Part shown: piece by piece, positions 24,222 through 32,979 of the stretch
How the letters are laid out: every line of letters begins with the position of its first letter
Numbering within the stretch: the first letter of the stretch is position 1
Assembly: GCA_044226625.1 (NCBI GenBank)
Contig: JBGAGQ010000051.1
Coordinates: 1-49,426, forward strand
Source of the DNA: Thermoanaerobaculia bacterium
Lineage (GTDB): Bacteria > Acidobacteriota > Thermoanaerobaculia > Multivoradales > UBA5704
Length of the DNA stretch: 49,426 nt
Reading direction: 5' to 3'
The notes under the pieces: generated by a model
Databases searched by the model: none
What the model saw: the letters and a program-made list of their open reading frames with translations, nothing else
What the model was told of the DNA's origin: nothing
Program-made: the position numbers and the translations under genes

Positions 24222-24351
24222 CAACTGCTGAAAACTCCGTCGTCGCGGGAGATTCCCTGCGGGCGCCCCTCGTAACTCGCTGCGCTCAGACAGACTCGGG
24301 GTCGTCCTCGGGAACTCCGCGACGTGGAGAGAGTTTTCAGCCGTCTGCTAG
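24218..24351. mobile_element. MITE/REP-like 134-bp palindromic element bounded by CTAG
   Basis: Left CTAGCA-ACTGCTGAAAACTC versus right reverse complement CTAGCAGACGGCTGAAAACTC; inner arms CGTCGCGG/CCGCGACG; non-coding. Confidence 0.65.
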
Positions 24352-24412
24352 GCTGCCGCAGCCCCACCTCCGGGGGCGGTTTGGCCGGTCGCTTTCCGCG
24401 TTAAACTGGCGT

Positions 24413-25474
24413 TTGGCGCCTCGGGGCTCTTCCCCGGGGACCTCCTCGAGAGACTTTGCGATCTTGGCCGCCCACGACGCGAACCCCAACTCCCCTCCCG
24501 TTTCGCCGGCGCTTCATCGTTTCGCCTCGATCCTCGCCGGGCTGGTCGTCCTGCTGATCGCCGCCGGAGCCCTGGTCAAGAGCAAGGAGGCGGGCCTGTC
24601 GGTTCCCGATTGGCCGCTCTCCTACGGCAGCTTGAACCCGCCCGGCTGGTGGCATCTCGACGCCATCCGCGCCGAACACGGTCATCGCCTGTTCGCTGGG
24701 ACGGTCGCCCTGCTCACGGTCGGGCTCGCGATCTGGCTCAAGCGCTCGGAGCGGCGGTCAGGGGTCCGGCGGCTCGGCGGCTTCGCGGTCGCGGCGGTGT
24801 TCGCCCAGGCGCTACTCGGCGGCTTGACCGTCCTCCTATTCCTGCCCCCCGCGGTCTCGATCTCCCACGCCGCGCTCGCCGAGATGTTCCTCTGCCTCGT
24901 CACCTCGATCGCGGTCGCGACCTCTCCCCGCTATTGGGGCGGCGACGAAGAACCCGCCGAGCCGGTGCGCCCCCTCCGCTCGCTCGCGTTCGCCACCACC
25001 GCGCTCGTTTACCTCCAAATCCTCCTCGGCGCGCTCGTTCGCCACAACGGCGCGGGGCTCGCGATTCCGGACTTTCCGCTCGCCTTCGGACGCCTGGTTC
25101 CGGCGCAGTTCGATCTGAAGATCGGACTCCACTACGCCCATCGCGTAGGCGCGCTCCTGGTGCTGATTCTCGTGACCACCACGGTCGTCCGCGTGCTCCG
25201 TCGCCACGCCGATCTGGGAGCGCTCACCCGCCCCGCCCTCGCGATGGCGCTGCTCATCGTCGCGCAGATCTCGCTCGGCGCCGCGGTGGTGCTCTCCGGC
25301 CGCGTGGTCTGGATCAACACGCTCCACGTGGCAACCGGCGCCTCCCTGCTCGCGAGCAGCCTGATCCTCTCGCTCCATGCCGCCCGCCTCGCCCGGGCGA
25401 CGGAGGCGAGCGCCGTCGCGACCCGTCCGGCCCCGCGCGCCGAGACGCTGGGCACCCGGCAGGTGACCTTGTGA
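24413..25474 (+). CDS. ctaA: Heme A synthase (COX15/CtaA family)
   Basis: GLSVPDWP, EHGHR, Q..LGG.TV, H...A, GALVRH, HYAHR, LHVATG; 8 TMs; start uncertain. Confidence 0.9.
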   Translation: MAPRGSSPGTSSRDFAILAAHDANPNSPPVSPALHRFASILAGLVVLLIAAGALVKSKEAGLSVPDWPLSYGSLNPPGWWHLDAIRAEHGHRLFAGTVALLTVGLAIWLKRSERRSGVRRLGGFAVAAVFAQALLGGLTVLLFLPPAVSISHAALAEMFLCLVTSIAVATSPRYWGGDEEPAEPVRPLRSLAFATTALVYLQILLGALVRHNGAGLAIPDFPLAFGRLVPAQFDLKIGLHYAHRVGALLVLILVTTTVVRVLRRHADLGALTRPALAMALLIVAQISLGAAVVLSGRVVWINTLHVATGASLLASSLILSLHAARLARATEASAVATRPAPRAETLGTRQVTL

Positions 25475-26391
25475 AGACGGCCGAGGCGGTCGAGGCCGAC
25501 GGAATGGTAGCGCCGCGCCCCGCCCGTCAGAGCCGGCTGGTTTCCGATCTCTCGGTGCTCACCAAGCCGCGGATCACCACGATGGTGGTGCTCACGACCG
25601 GCATGGGCTTCCTGCTCGCCGAACAGGGGCCGATCTCCTTCTGGCTGCTGGTCCACACCCTCGTCGGTACGGGTCTCGTCTCGGCCGGCGCCTCGGCGCT
25701 CAACCAGGTGCTCGAGCGGGAGCGCGACGCACGGATGCGGCGCACCCTGGACCGCCCGGTCCCCTCCGGCCGCATGCATCCGGATCTCGCCCTCCTCTGG
25801 GGCGTCGCGCTCGGTATCGCCGGCCTGGGCTATCTCGCGCTCAAGGTGAACCTGCTCACGGCGCTCCTCGGCGTGGCCGCGCTCGGCGGGTACGTCTTCG
25901 TCTACACGCCGCTCAAGCCGGTGACCTCGCTCTCGACCCTGGTGGGCGCAATCCCCGGCGCGATCCCGCCGATGATGGGTTGGGCCGCCGTGCGCGATCA
26001 GGTCGGCCTCCCCGCCTGGGTCCTGTTCGGCATCCTCTTCTTCTGGCAGATGCCGCATTTCCTCGCGATCGCCTGGCTCTGTCGAGACGACTACCGGAGC
26101 GGCGGCTTTCCGATGCTCACCGTGACCGATCCGAGCGGCAGCCAGGCAGCACGCCAGGCGATCCTCTACGGCGCGGCGCTCGTTCCCGTCTCACTCCTGC
26201 CCACCCCTCTCCGTCTGCTCGGCGGCCTCTACTTCGGGGCGGCGCTCGTGCTCGGGCTCGCCTACCTCTGGTTCGCCCTCCGCTTCGGCCGCGACCGGAG
26301 TGACGCCTCGGCACGGCGCCTGATGTTCGCCTCGATCCTCTACCTTCCCGCGCTGCTCGGCGCAATGCTCGTGGATCGCATATTGTTCTGA
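25471..26391 (+). CDS. ctaB: Protoheme IX farnesyltransferase (heme O synthase)
   Basis: GTG start overlapping the ctaA stop (GTGA); LTKPRI, NQVLERERDARMRRT..RPVPSG, YTPLK, WQMPHFLAIAW..RDDY. Confidence 0.95.
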   Translation: MKTAEAVEADGMVAPRPARQSRLVSDLSVLTKPRITTMVVLTTGMGFLLAEQGPISFWLLVHTLVGTGLVSAGASALNQVLERERDARMRRTLDRPVPSGRMHPDLALLWGVALGIAGLGYLALKVNLLTALLGVAALGGYVFVYTPLKPVTSLSTLVGAIPGAIPPMMGWAAVRDQVGLPAWVLFGILFFWQMPHFLAIAWLCRDDYRSGGFPMLTVTDPSGSQAARQAILYGAALVPVSLLPTPLRLLGGLYFGAALVLGLAYLWFALRFGRDRSDASARRLMFASILYLPALLGAMLVDRILF

Positions 26392-26415
26392 GCCCGGGAG
26401 GCGAAGAACGAGAGG

Positions 26416-27183
26416 ATGGACGACGACGGGCATCTCGAGGCTCGGCCGGCTGAACCTACGCCAACTGAGCCTATGAAGGTCATGAGCGAAGAAGGTCCCT
26501 CGCAGGCCGGGCCCGCCACGGAAGCGAATCGGCCGGCCGAGGAGCCGTTCGAGGACTTCAAAGGCGAAGGGGGACGCTGGCGCCGACGGCTTCTTTGGGC
26601 GGTTCTGATCGCGGCGCTCGCGGGGGTCGTCTTCTCCGCGGTTTCGAGCCGCCTCTGGCTCAAGCGGCCGGGGACCCCACCGCCGATCCTCGGCCAGGTG
26701 CCGGAGTTCGAGCTCACCAACCGGGATGGCCGGCGGGTCGGGCCCTCCGACCTCGCGGGATCGCCGTGGATCGCCGATTTCGTCTTCACCCGCTGCGTCA
26801 CCAGTTGCCCGATGATCACCGAGCGGATGTCGCGGCTCGAACGCGAGCTGCCGCCCCGAATCGGCGCCCGGCTCGTCTCGTTCTCCGTCGACCCGGAGCA
26901 CGACACTCCGGCCGCGCTCGAAGCCTACGCCGAGAAGTTCGCGGCCCCGGAGCACTGGTGGTTCCTCACCGGCGACCGAAACGCGATGTACGACCTGATC
27001 CGGAACGGCTTTCACCTCGCGGTCGACCCCAACCCGCCCCCCACCGTGGGCGAGGTCACCGAGCCGATCGTGCACAGCACGAGGTACGTCCTGGTCGACG
27101 CCCAAGGCGCGATCCGCGGCTATTACGACAGCCAGGACGAGTCGTCGATCAAAAAGCTCAAGCGGGATCTGGAGGCGCTGTAG
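26416..27183 (+). CDS. SCO family protein
   Basis: TM anchor, FVFTRCVTSCP (CxxxC), FSVDPEHDTP, WFLTG, IVHS. Confidence 0.92.
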   Translation: MDDDGHLEARPAEPTPTEPMKVMSEEGPSQAGPATEANRPAEEPFEDFKGEGGRWRRRLLWAVLIAALAGVVFSAVSSRLWLKRPGTPPPILGQVPEFELTNRDGRRVGPSDLAGSPWIADFVFTRCVTSCPMITERMSRLERELPPRIGARLVSFSVDPEHDTPAALEAYAEKFAAPEHWWFLTGDRNAMYDLIRNGFHLAVDPNPPPTVGEVTEPIVHSTRYVLVDAQGAIRGYYDSQDESSIKKLKRDLEAL

Positions 27184-27727
27184 GGGGCGGAGCGGAAGAC
27201 CTGAAGAAGGCGCGCCGGATCAGAAGTCCCAGGATCGCGACGATCGCCGTCGGGAGCCAGATCCAACGAAGCTCCGAGGCGAGGACCACGAGTCCCGCCG
27301 GTCCGAAGAAGCGATGCGCACTCAAGGGGGAGACTTCGATCACCTGGGCCGGGAGGAAGAAGCGCTCGGCGCTTACCGGCCAGAAGAGTGCGACGCCGCG
27401 CCCTCCGTTGGTGAGCATGTCCAGTAAGCCGTGGGAGACGCAGGCGAGGCCGATGAAGACCGCCGCCCGGGCTCGGGTAGCACCGAGCCAGGACGCCGCG
27501 GCGGCCGCAGCGAGCGCGAGCAGCGCCGCGAAGACGAGCGAGTGGCTGAAGCCGCGATGGCCGAACGGGCTCCCGTAGGGCACGCCCAGGCGCAGCCCGA
27601 GAACGTCAGCGTCCGGAAGGACCGATGCGAGGACACCCGCGAGCAGGAGCCGACCGCCGACGCGCTCGCGCCCCGCGACCGCGGCGAGCGCGAGAGGAAC
27701 GGCCGGATGGGTCAAGACGGTCGGCAT
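27158..27727 (-). CDS. Membrane-bound metal-dependent hydrolase (YdjM family)
   Basis: TH, LPDAD, HRGFSHS, SHGLLD motifs. Confidence 0.9.
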   Translation of the reverse strand: MPTVLTHPAVPLALAAVAGRERVGGRLLLAGVLASVLPDADVLGLRLGVPYGSPFGHRGFSHSLVFAALLALAAAAAASWLGATRARAAVFIGLACVSHGLLDMLTNGGRGVALFWPVSAERFFLPAQVIEVSPLSAHRFFGPAGLVVLASELRWIWLPTAIVAILGLLIRRAFFRSSAPPPTAPPDPA

Positions 27728-27852
27728 GGGAGGCGATCTCCAGAAAGTGTTCGTTCGCGCCGGTCAGGCCTCGAACCGCTCGTCCGGCCGGTCCAGGCGT
27801 ATACTCAAGTCGCCCGAGGGGTAGCTTAGGTCGCATCCGGGAGATTCGAACG

Positions 27853-28074
27853 ATGGCAGGCAAGAAGCCCACAGGCAAGACCGAGCAGAAAGAAAAGAAG
27901 ATCGTCATCAAGGTCCTCGCCCCTGAGAAGGCCCCCGCCCCGACCGACTTCTCGCTGGCGCTCCCCAACGAGGTGATGTTCAAGAGCCTTTCGAAGCGTG
28001 CGGCCGCGGTCAAGAAGAACATCGGCGCCAGCCAGAGCCTGAGCGATTTCCTGAACAAGGCGGGCTGGGAGTAG
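27853..28074 (+). CDS. 73-aa Lys-rich ORF in frame with the downstream S41 peptidase (possible N-terminal part of it)
   Basis: GGGAG RBS before ATG, host-like codon usage, ends at TAG 28072-28074 in the same frame as 28093. Confidence 0.6.
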   Translation: MAGKKPTGKTEQKEKKIVIKVLAPEKAPAPTDFSLALPNEVMFKSLSKRAAAVKKNIGASQSLSDFLNKAGWE

Positions 28075-28092
28075 CCCCCTACCGAGCGCGCC

Positions 28093-29913
28093 GTGCCTCT
28101 CGGTACCGAGGAACGCCGGCTCGTCGTCGATCAAGCGCTGGCGCTGATCGAGCAAATCTACGTTCACCTCCCATTGAAGCGTGCCATGCACGCGGTCGAT
28201 CCGATCCAGCGGCTCAAGCTGCTGCGGTACCACGCGGCGAACCTGTCCGAATCCGGTTTTCACGCCGAAATGGTCTCGATCTTCAACGGCCTGCGCGACC
28301 TCCACACCAACTACATCCTCCCCGCGCCGTTTCGGAATTCGACGGCGTACCTGCCATTCCGCATCGAGGAGTATTTCGAGGGGGACCAGCGGCGCTGCGT
28401 CGTGACCGAGGTCTCCCCGGGCTGGGCGGATCGCTATTTCAAGCCGGGCGTCATCGTGACCCATTGGAACGGAACTCCGATCCAGCGGGCCGTGGAGATC
28501 AACGCCGACCGCGAAGCGGGCAGCAACCTGGAGGCTCGCCACGCCCGCGGGCTGGGGGCGATGACGATCCGATGGCTCGCGATGTCGCTGCCGCCGGACG
28601 AGGCATGGGTAACGGTCACCTACCAGGGCGACGACAAGGCTCGCGATCGCCGGTTCGAGTGGCAGGTGTTCGACTCGAGCGGCGACGACGATCCGCTCGC
28701 GGTCTCCGGCGAGGTCGCCCTGATGCTCGGCCTCGACGCCAAGGCGGAAATGGAACGCCAGACGCGAAAGCTCCTCTTCGCGCCGGAAGCCGTCGAAATC
28801 GCCAAGCAGGTGAAGCTCCAGACCGATTCGAATTGGGTCGGAGCGCCCACGGGGGCGGGCTCGGCCTCGGTCGATTTCAACGCCATCAGCAAGCTGCCGG
28901 ACGTCTTCACCTTCCGGCCGATCGAGACGCCGTCGGGGCGGTTCGGGTATGTGCACATCCACACGTTCGTCCACTGGGACGACGCGGAGTTCGTGGAGGA
29001 GTTCGTGCGCATCCTCGGCCTACTGCCGCAGAACGGCCTGGTTCTCGACGTGCGCGGCAACGGCGGAGGCAACATCATCGCGGGCGAGCGCCTCCTTCAG
29101 GTCCTCACCCCGCAGAAGATCGATCCCGAGCGCTTCTACTTCATCAACTCGCCGCTCACCTTGAAGATCTGCGAGACCCTGAACGCCTTCGAGAGCTGGC
29201 GCGAGTCGATCGCGCAGGCCGTCGAAACCGGCGCCCCCTTCTCCCACGGCTTCGCGCTTCGGCCCCTCGAGAGCTACAACGACCTCGGCCAGAAGTACCA
29301 GGGTCCCGTCGTGCTGCTGACCGACGCGCGCTGCTACAGCACGACCGACATTTTCTGCGCCGGATTCCAGGACCACGAGATCGGTCCGATCCTCGGCACC
29401 AGCGGAGCCACAGGCGCGGGCGGCGCGAACGTCTGGGATCACTCCACCCTGGTCGGGATGCTCCCGGGGGCCATCTCTCCGTTCAAAGCCCTGCCGAACG
29501 ACGCCTCCTTTCGAGTCGCCGTCCGCCGCTGCACGAGGGTGGGGAAACGCCTCGGCGTGCTGGTCGAGGAACTGGGTGTCGTTCCCGATCACATCCATCG
29601 TACGACCCGGCAGGACGTCCTGACCGGCAACGTCGACCTCCTCAACCGCGCGGGTGAGCTACTCGCCGAGAGGCCGGTGTATGCCGTCTCGGTCCAGGTT
29701 CCGCAGCCGACCGCGCCGCATCAGATCGAGGTGACGACGAAGAACGTCGATCGCCTGGACATCTACCTGAGCTCCCGGCCTCACGGGAGCCTCGACATCG
29801 CCGACGGAACCCGCACGATCGACCTCTCCCCCCTGCCCTCGGGATCGAACGTCCTCGAGCTCCAAGGCTTCCGCGAAGCCAAGCTCGTCGCGAGCACGCG
29901 CCTACAGCTATAG
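28093..29913 (+). CDS. S41 family (tail-specific/CtpA-like) peptidase
   Basis: LRDLHTNY, PDZ-like middle, FGYVHIHTF, LVLDVRGNGGG, LTDARCYSTTDIF, TGAGGA, GVVPD. Confidence 0.9.
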   Translation: MPLGTEERRLVVDQALALIEQIYVHLPLKRAMHAVDPIQRLKLLRYHAANLSESGFHAEMVSIFNGLRDLHTNYILPAPFRNSTAYLPFRIEEYFEGDQRRCVVTEVSPGWADRYFKPGVIVTHWNGTPIQRAVEINADREAGSNLEARHARGLGAMTIRWLAMSLPPDEAWVTVTYQGDDKARDRRFEWQVFDSSGDDDPLAVSGEVALMLGLDAKAEMERQTRKLLFAPEAVEIAKQVKLQTDSNWVGAPTGAGSASVDFNAISKLPDVFTFRPIETPSGRFGYVHIHTFVHWDDAEFVEEFVRILGLLPQNGLVLDVRGNGGGNIIAGERLLQVLTPQKIDPERFYFINSPLTLKICETLNAFESWRESIAQAVETGAPFSHGFALRPLESYNDLGQKYQGPVVLLTDARCYSTTDIFCAGFQDHEIGPILGTSGATGAGGANVWDHSTLVGMLPGAISPFKALPNDASFRVAVRRCTRVGKRLGVLVEELGVVPDHIHRTTRQDVLTGNVDLLNRAGELLAERPVYAVSVQVPQPTAPHQIEVTTKNVDRLDIYLSSRPHGSLDIADGTRTIDLSPLPSGSNVLELQGFREAKLVASTRLQL

Positions 29914-29995
29914 CCTTCGAAGGATAGCCCGTTCATCCAGGGGCGGCTGCCCCTCGACCGCCGGATGTCCTAGAATCTCCTTTGAAGCTGGGCAC

Positions 29996-30072
29996 GCACC
30001 CTTAGCTCAATTGGATAGAGCATCAGACTTCGGATCTGAGGGTTGGGGGTTCGACTCCCTCAGGGTGCACCA
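29996..30072 (+). tRNA. tRNA-Arg(TCG)
   Basis: Acceptor stem GCACCCT/AGGGTGC, D arm GCTC..GAGC, anticodon stem TCAGA/TCTGA with loop CT-TCG-GA, GGTTCGACTCC T arm, encoded CCA; TAGAAT -10 at 29971. Confidence 0.96.
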
Positions 30073-30210
30073 GGTCCGGCTCTCCCTCTCGGAGGGCGTT
30101 TCAGACCACCGATTTCCCCGTGGAGATCGAGCCGGCAGGCCGCAGGCTCAATCCTTATTCTTTAAATCACCGCACGCCGGATGACTGCTTGAAAAACTCC
30201 ACCACGCCTA

Positions 30211-30963
30211 CTATATATCGACTTGACTCTGATCGAATGTAGGCCCAACACAAACTTTATAAGGAAACTGAAGCTCAGCTCCTGTTCTACTACCGCGAAC
30301 CACAACAACACCGCGCTGCCAAATTTGCTTCCAGTGAAGGACCAGCCGTACCTTCGTCTTTGCAGGTACCTCAATAGTAAGCTCCTCACTGTAGGTCTTC
30401 TTCTCTGCGACAGAGATTTCGTAGCGTTTCCGAATCGCCCCCTCGGCCGAGGCCTTGAAATCTACAGCCCACGCGCCCCTAACACTAATCTCAGCCCCAC
30501 CCGTGATCGAAGTTTCCCGCTCAAGTACGTAGGCCTGTGTCCACTCCCTCACGACGCTGATCGTCCTGTGAATCCCGGCCACGCTCTTGGAATTGTCAAT
30601 GATGCGCACTTCCTCGCCAAGACTTTCTTCGACTCTCTGGACCTCCACAATGCTCGTTTCAAGATCCAGAGAAGACTCGGTTGCGGGAAGCGAAGGTTGA
30701 CGAGTTTCAAGCTGAACTGAGTCAACACCGTCGACCAATAACCCAAGCCTCCCTAGGGCTCCATACCCAATGACCTTTATTGCTAGGTCGTGGCCAAGGA
30801 ATCCAACCCGCCCTATCACCCCCAAGAGCGCGAACACCTTTTCTTCACGGACCAACGTCCCATCTACAAGGATCGTCAATCGCATTGGCAGCGCCCAAAT
30901 CTTGACCACCGCTTTTACTGAGTGTGACTCATCGTTAATCTTGATAAACCAGCTTCCTTCCAT
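30211..30963 (-). CDS. Hypothetical protein with aerolysin/ETX-MTX2-like beta-strand C-terminal domain
   Basis: GAGGAG RBS; Ser/Thr-rich strands flanking the amphipathic hairpin ITGGAEISVRGAWAVDFKASAEG, then TIEVPAKTKVRLVLHW...RG. Confidence 0.6.
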   Translation of the reverse strand: MEGSWFIKINDESHSVKAVVKIWALPMRLTILVDGTLVREEKVFALLGVIGRVGFLGHDLAIKVIGYGALGRLGLLVDGVDSVQLETRQPSLPATESSLDLETSIVEVQRVEESLGEEVRIIDNSKSVAGIHRTISVVREWTQAYVLERETSITGGAEISVRGAWAVDFKASAEGAIRKRYEISVAEKKTYSEELTIEVPAKTKVRLVLHWKQIWQRGVVVVRGSRTGAELQFPYKVCVGPTFDQSQVDI

Positions 30964-31432
30964 CTATCTCTCCTCGGACTTTTCCTGATGAAAGTGAGCT
31001 GGCGCAGCAACACCTCTCGAACCTATTGACGTGAAATCGACGAAACCCAATTACGCCGCACCCCGAACCCTTAGAACCTACCAATGCTAAAGCAATGTTC
31101 TCGAGGTGTCAAAAGGCCCCCGGACCTCTCCTCGCTCGGCCCCGCACGTGAAGCCACAAGCTCTTGCCAAAGTTTCCGACGCAGGAATGAGTTATGAATA
31201 AGACCGCCTCTTTCCAGTGAGCACGCCCATTTGTTGGCGTCTCCCTGTTATCCGGGCTCGAAGAGCGTTTCACCCTGATGATTTCGAGTATGACATCTCC
31301 TCCGCTGGAGGTTTACCAGTGCTATCGACCCGACCGGGTTCGCCTACTTCCAAAATTGGCCGAATCGCTGGGACTCCCCCATAAGACGCAGATGAACCTC
31401 TATTTCACGGACTCCGCCACGTCGAAAAGGAG

Positions 31433-31468
31433 GTTAATGACTAAGCTACAGTTAATGACTAAGCTACA
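31433..31468. repeat. Perfect 18-bp tandem duplication GTTAATGACTAAGCTACA x2
   Basis: Read directly at 31433-31450 and 31451-31468. Confidence 0.95.
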
Positions 31469-31549
31469 CTGGGGAAAATGACGTAGATCTTGTGTCCCCG
31501 TTGAGGGGCTTACGAGGATGTCTGATGGGGCGATCAGAACGAATTCGCA

Positions 31550-32977
31550 CTACGTCCCTCTGGTCCATTCCAGCAACCGCTCCGCCGCGCCTTCCCCCGC
31601 GGAGATCGAGTCGGGCAGTCCGTAAGCTCCGAACGGGCCTCCCGCGAATTCGAGCCCTGGTTGATCGGCGAGGCCCTGCTTCAGCCGCTCCACGACGTCT
31701 AGATAGCCGACCGAGCGCTGGGGGATGGCGAGGGGATGACGCCAGACGCGGCTCCAGGCGGCGGGGCGGCGGAGGCCGAGGAGGGGCCCGACGGTCCTCT
31801 GGGCGAGGTTGAGGAGGTCTTCGTCGGAGCGGTCGGCCGCCTCGGGGTGGAGGGCGCCTCCCAGGAAGATCCGGGCGACGATCTGGTCGGCCGGAACTCT
31901 TTCGGGAAATTTGACGCTTACGAAGGTCGCCGCGACGACCGGTAGGCCCGCCGCACTCGGAACGAAGAATCCGTGCCCTCGAGGCGGACGCGCGACCGCG
32001 TCGCGGTGCCAGCCGAGGTTCACCGTCACGCACGAGGCGTAGGAGATCTTCCGCAGGTCGTCCGAGAGCGGCGCCGAGAGGCCCGCCACCAGCGGCGCCG
32101 CCGCGTGGGCGGGAACGGCGAGCAGCACGGCGTCGGCTAAGTAGGTGTCGCCTCCGGACAGGTCGAGATGGAAGCCCGTCCCCCCGCGTCGTACCGCGAC
32201 GACCGGGCGGTTCTTGCGCAGCACGCCCGGCGGCAGCGCCTCGACCAGGGCGTCGACGATCTGGCCGAGACCGCCGGACAGCGTTGCGATCTGCGGCGGG
32301 AGCGGTTTCTTCCCGGCTCCCGGTCCGGGGCGATCTTTCGACCCGCCCGGCGCGGGGCGCTTACGCCAGCCGCCGGAGACCCGGCCCGGTTCGTGTTCTA
32401 GGCTCGCGAGGCGTGGAAAGTTCGCCGCCAGGCTCAGCGTCTCGACGTCGGCCATCGTGATCCCGCCTACCACCGGCTCGCTCAATCTCGCATAGAGCTC
32501 CCCGCCGAAGCGCCTCCGTACGAAGGAGGCGACGCTCTCGTCGGCCGCCGATCTCTTGGGCCCGAGTAGCGGCTCGGCAAGCGCGCGGAGCTTGCCGCGC
32601 CAGGAGAGCAGCGGGGTTTCGAGCAGCGGTTTCCAGCGGGTCGGGGCGAGGAACGCGAACCCGGCGGGGAGCGGCAGGAGCCGGCCGCGATCAAGGATCT
32701 CGATGTGGCCGCTTTCGGGGTAGACGATTCGATCCGCAAAACCGAGTCGCTCGCAGAGCGCGAGCCCCGCCGGCTTGTGGGTCACGAGAGTGTCGGGTCC
32801 CCGTTCGAGCAGAGCCCCTTCGCAGCTCTCGGTCGCGAGCACGCCGCCCGCCCGATCCGCTCCTTCGAAGATCGCGACCTCGACCTCGCGACCGAGAGCG
32901 TCCGCCCGGCGACGGAGATGATCGGCCGCGGCCAGGCCGCCGATCCCGGCGCCGACGATCGCCAACCGGTGAGTCAT
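31550..32977 (-). CDS. hemY: HemY-type FAD-dependent protoporphyrinogen/coproporphyrinogen oxidase
   Basis: ATG 32977: MTHRLAIVGAGIGGLAAA, ERGPD, ESVASFVRRRFG, AIPQ, GLPDSI..G; 2 nt downstream of the hemH stop. Confidence 0.92.
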   Translation of the reverse strand: MTHRLAIVGAGIGGLAAADHLRRRADALGREVEVAIFEGADRAGGVLATESCEGALLERGPDTLVTHKPAGLALCERLGFADRIVYPESGHIEILDRGRLLPLPAGFAFLAPTRWKPLLETPLLSWRGKLRALAEPLLGPKRSAADESVASFVRRRFGGELYARLSEPVVGGITMADVETLSLAANFPRLASLEHEPGRVSGGWRKRPAPGGSKDRPGPGAGKKPLPPQIATLSGGLGQIVDALVEALPPGVLRKNRPVVAVRRGGTGFHLDLSGGDTYLADAVLLAVPAHAAAPLVAGLSAPLSDDLRKISYASCVTVNLGWHRDAVARPPRGHGFFVPSAAGLPVVAATFVSVKFPERVPADQIVARIFLGGALHPEAADRSDEDLLNLAQRTVGPLLGLRRPAAWSRVWRHPLAIPQRSVGYLDVVERLKQGLADQPGLEFAGGPFGAYGLPDSISAGEGAAERLLEWTRGT

Positions 32978-32979
32978 TT

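Larger units (their letters stand above)
30150..31549. other. Low-GC islet downstream of tRNA-Arg
   Basis: Visibly more AT-rich than both flanks; atypical codon usage; boundaries approximate. Confidence 0.7.

Noticed and set aside
28072-28074. Pyrrolysine recoding of the amber codon
   Set aside because: No pyl genes in the window, and TAG ends many ordinary genes here.
31278-31481. 67-aa ORF in the low-GC islet
   Set aside because: No RBS at its start, no recognisable motif, partly built from the 18-bp duplication.
30040-31549. Intact integrative element or prophage at tRNA-Arg
   Set aside because: No integrase, no phage genes, and no repeat of the tRNA 3' end found by eye.
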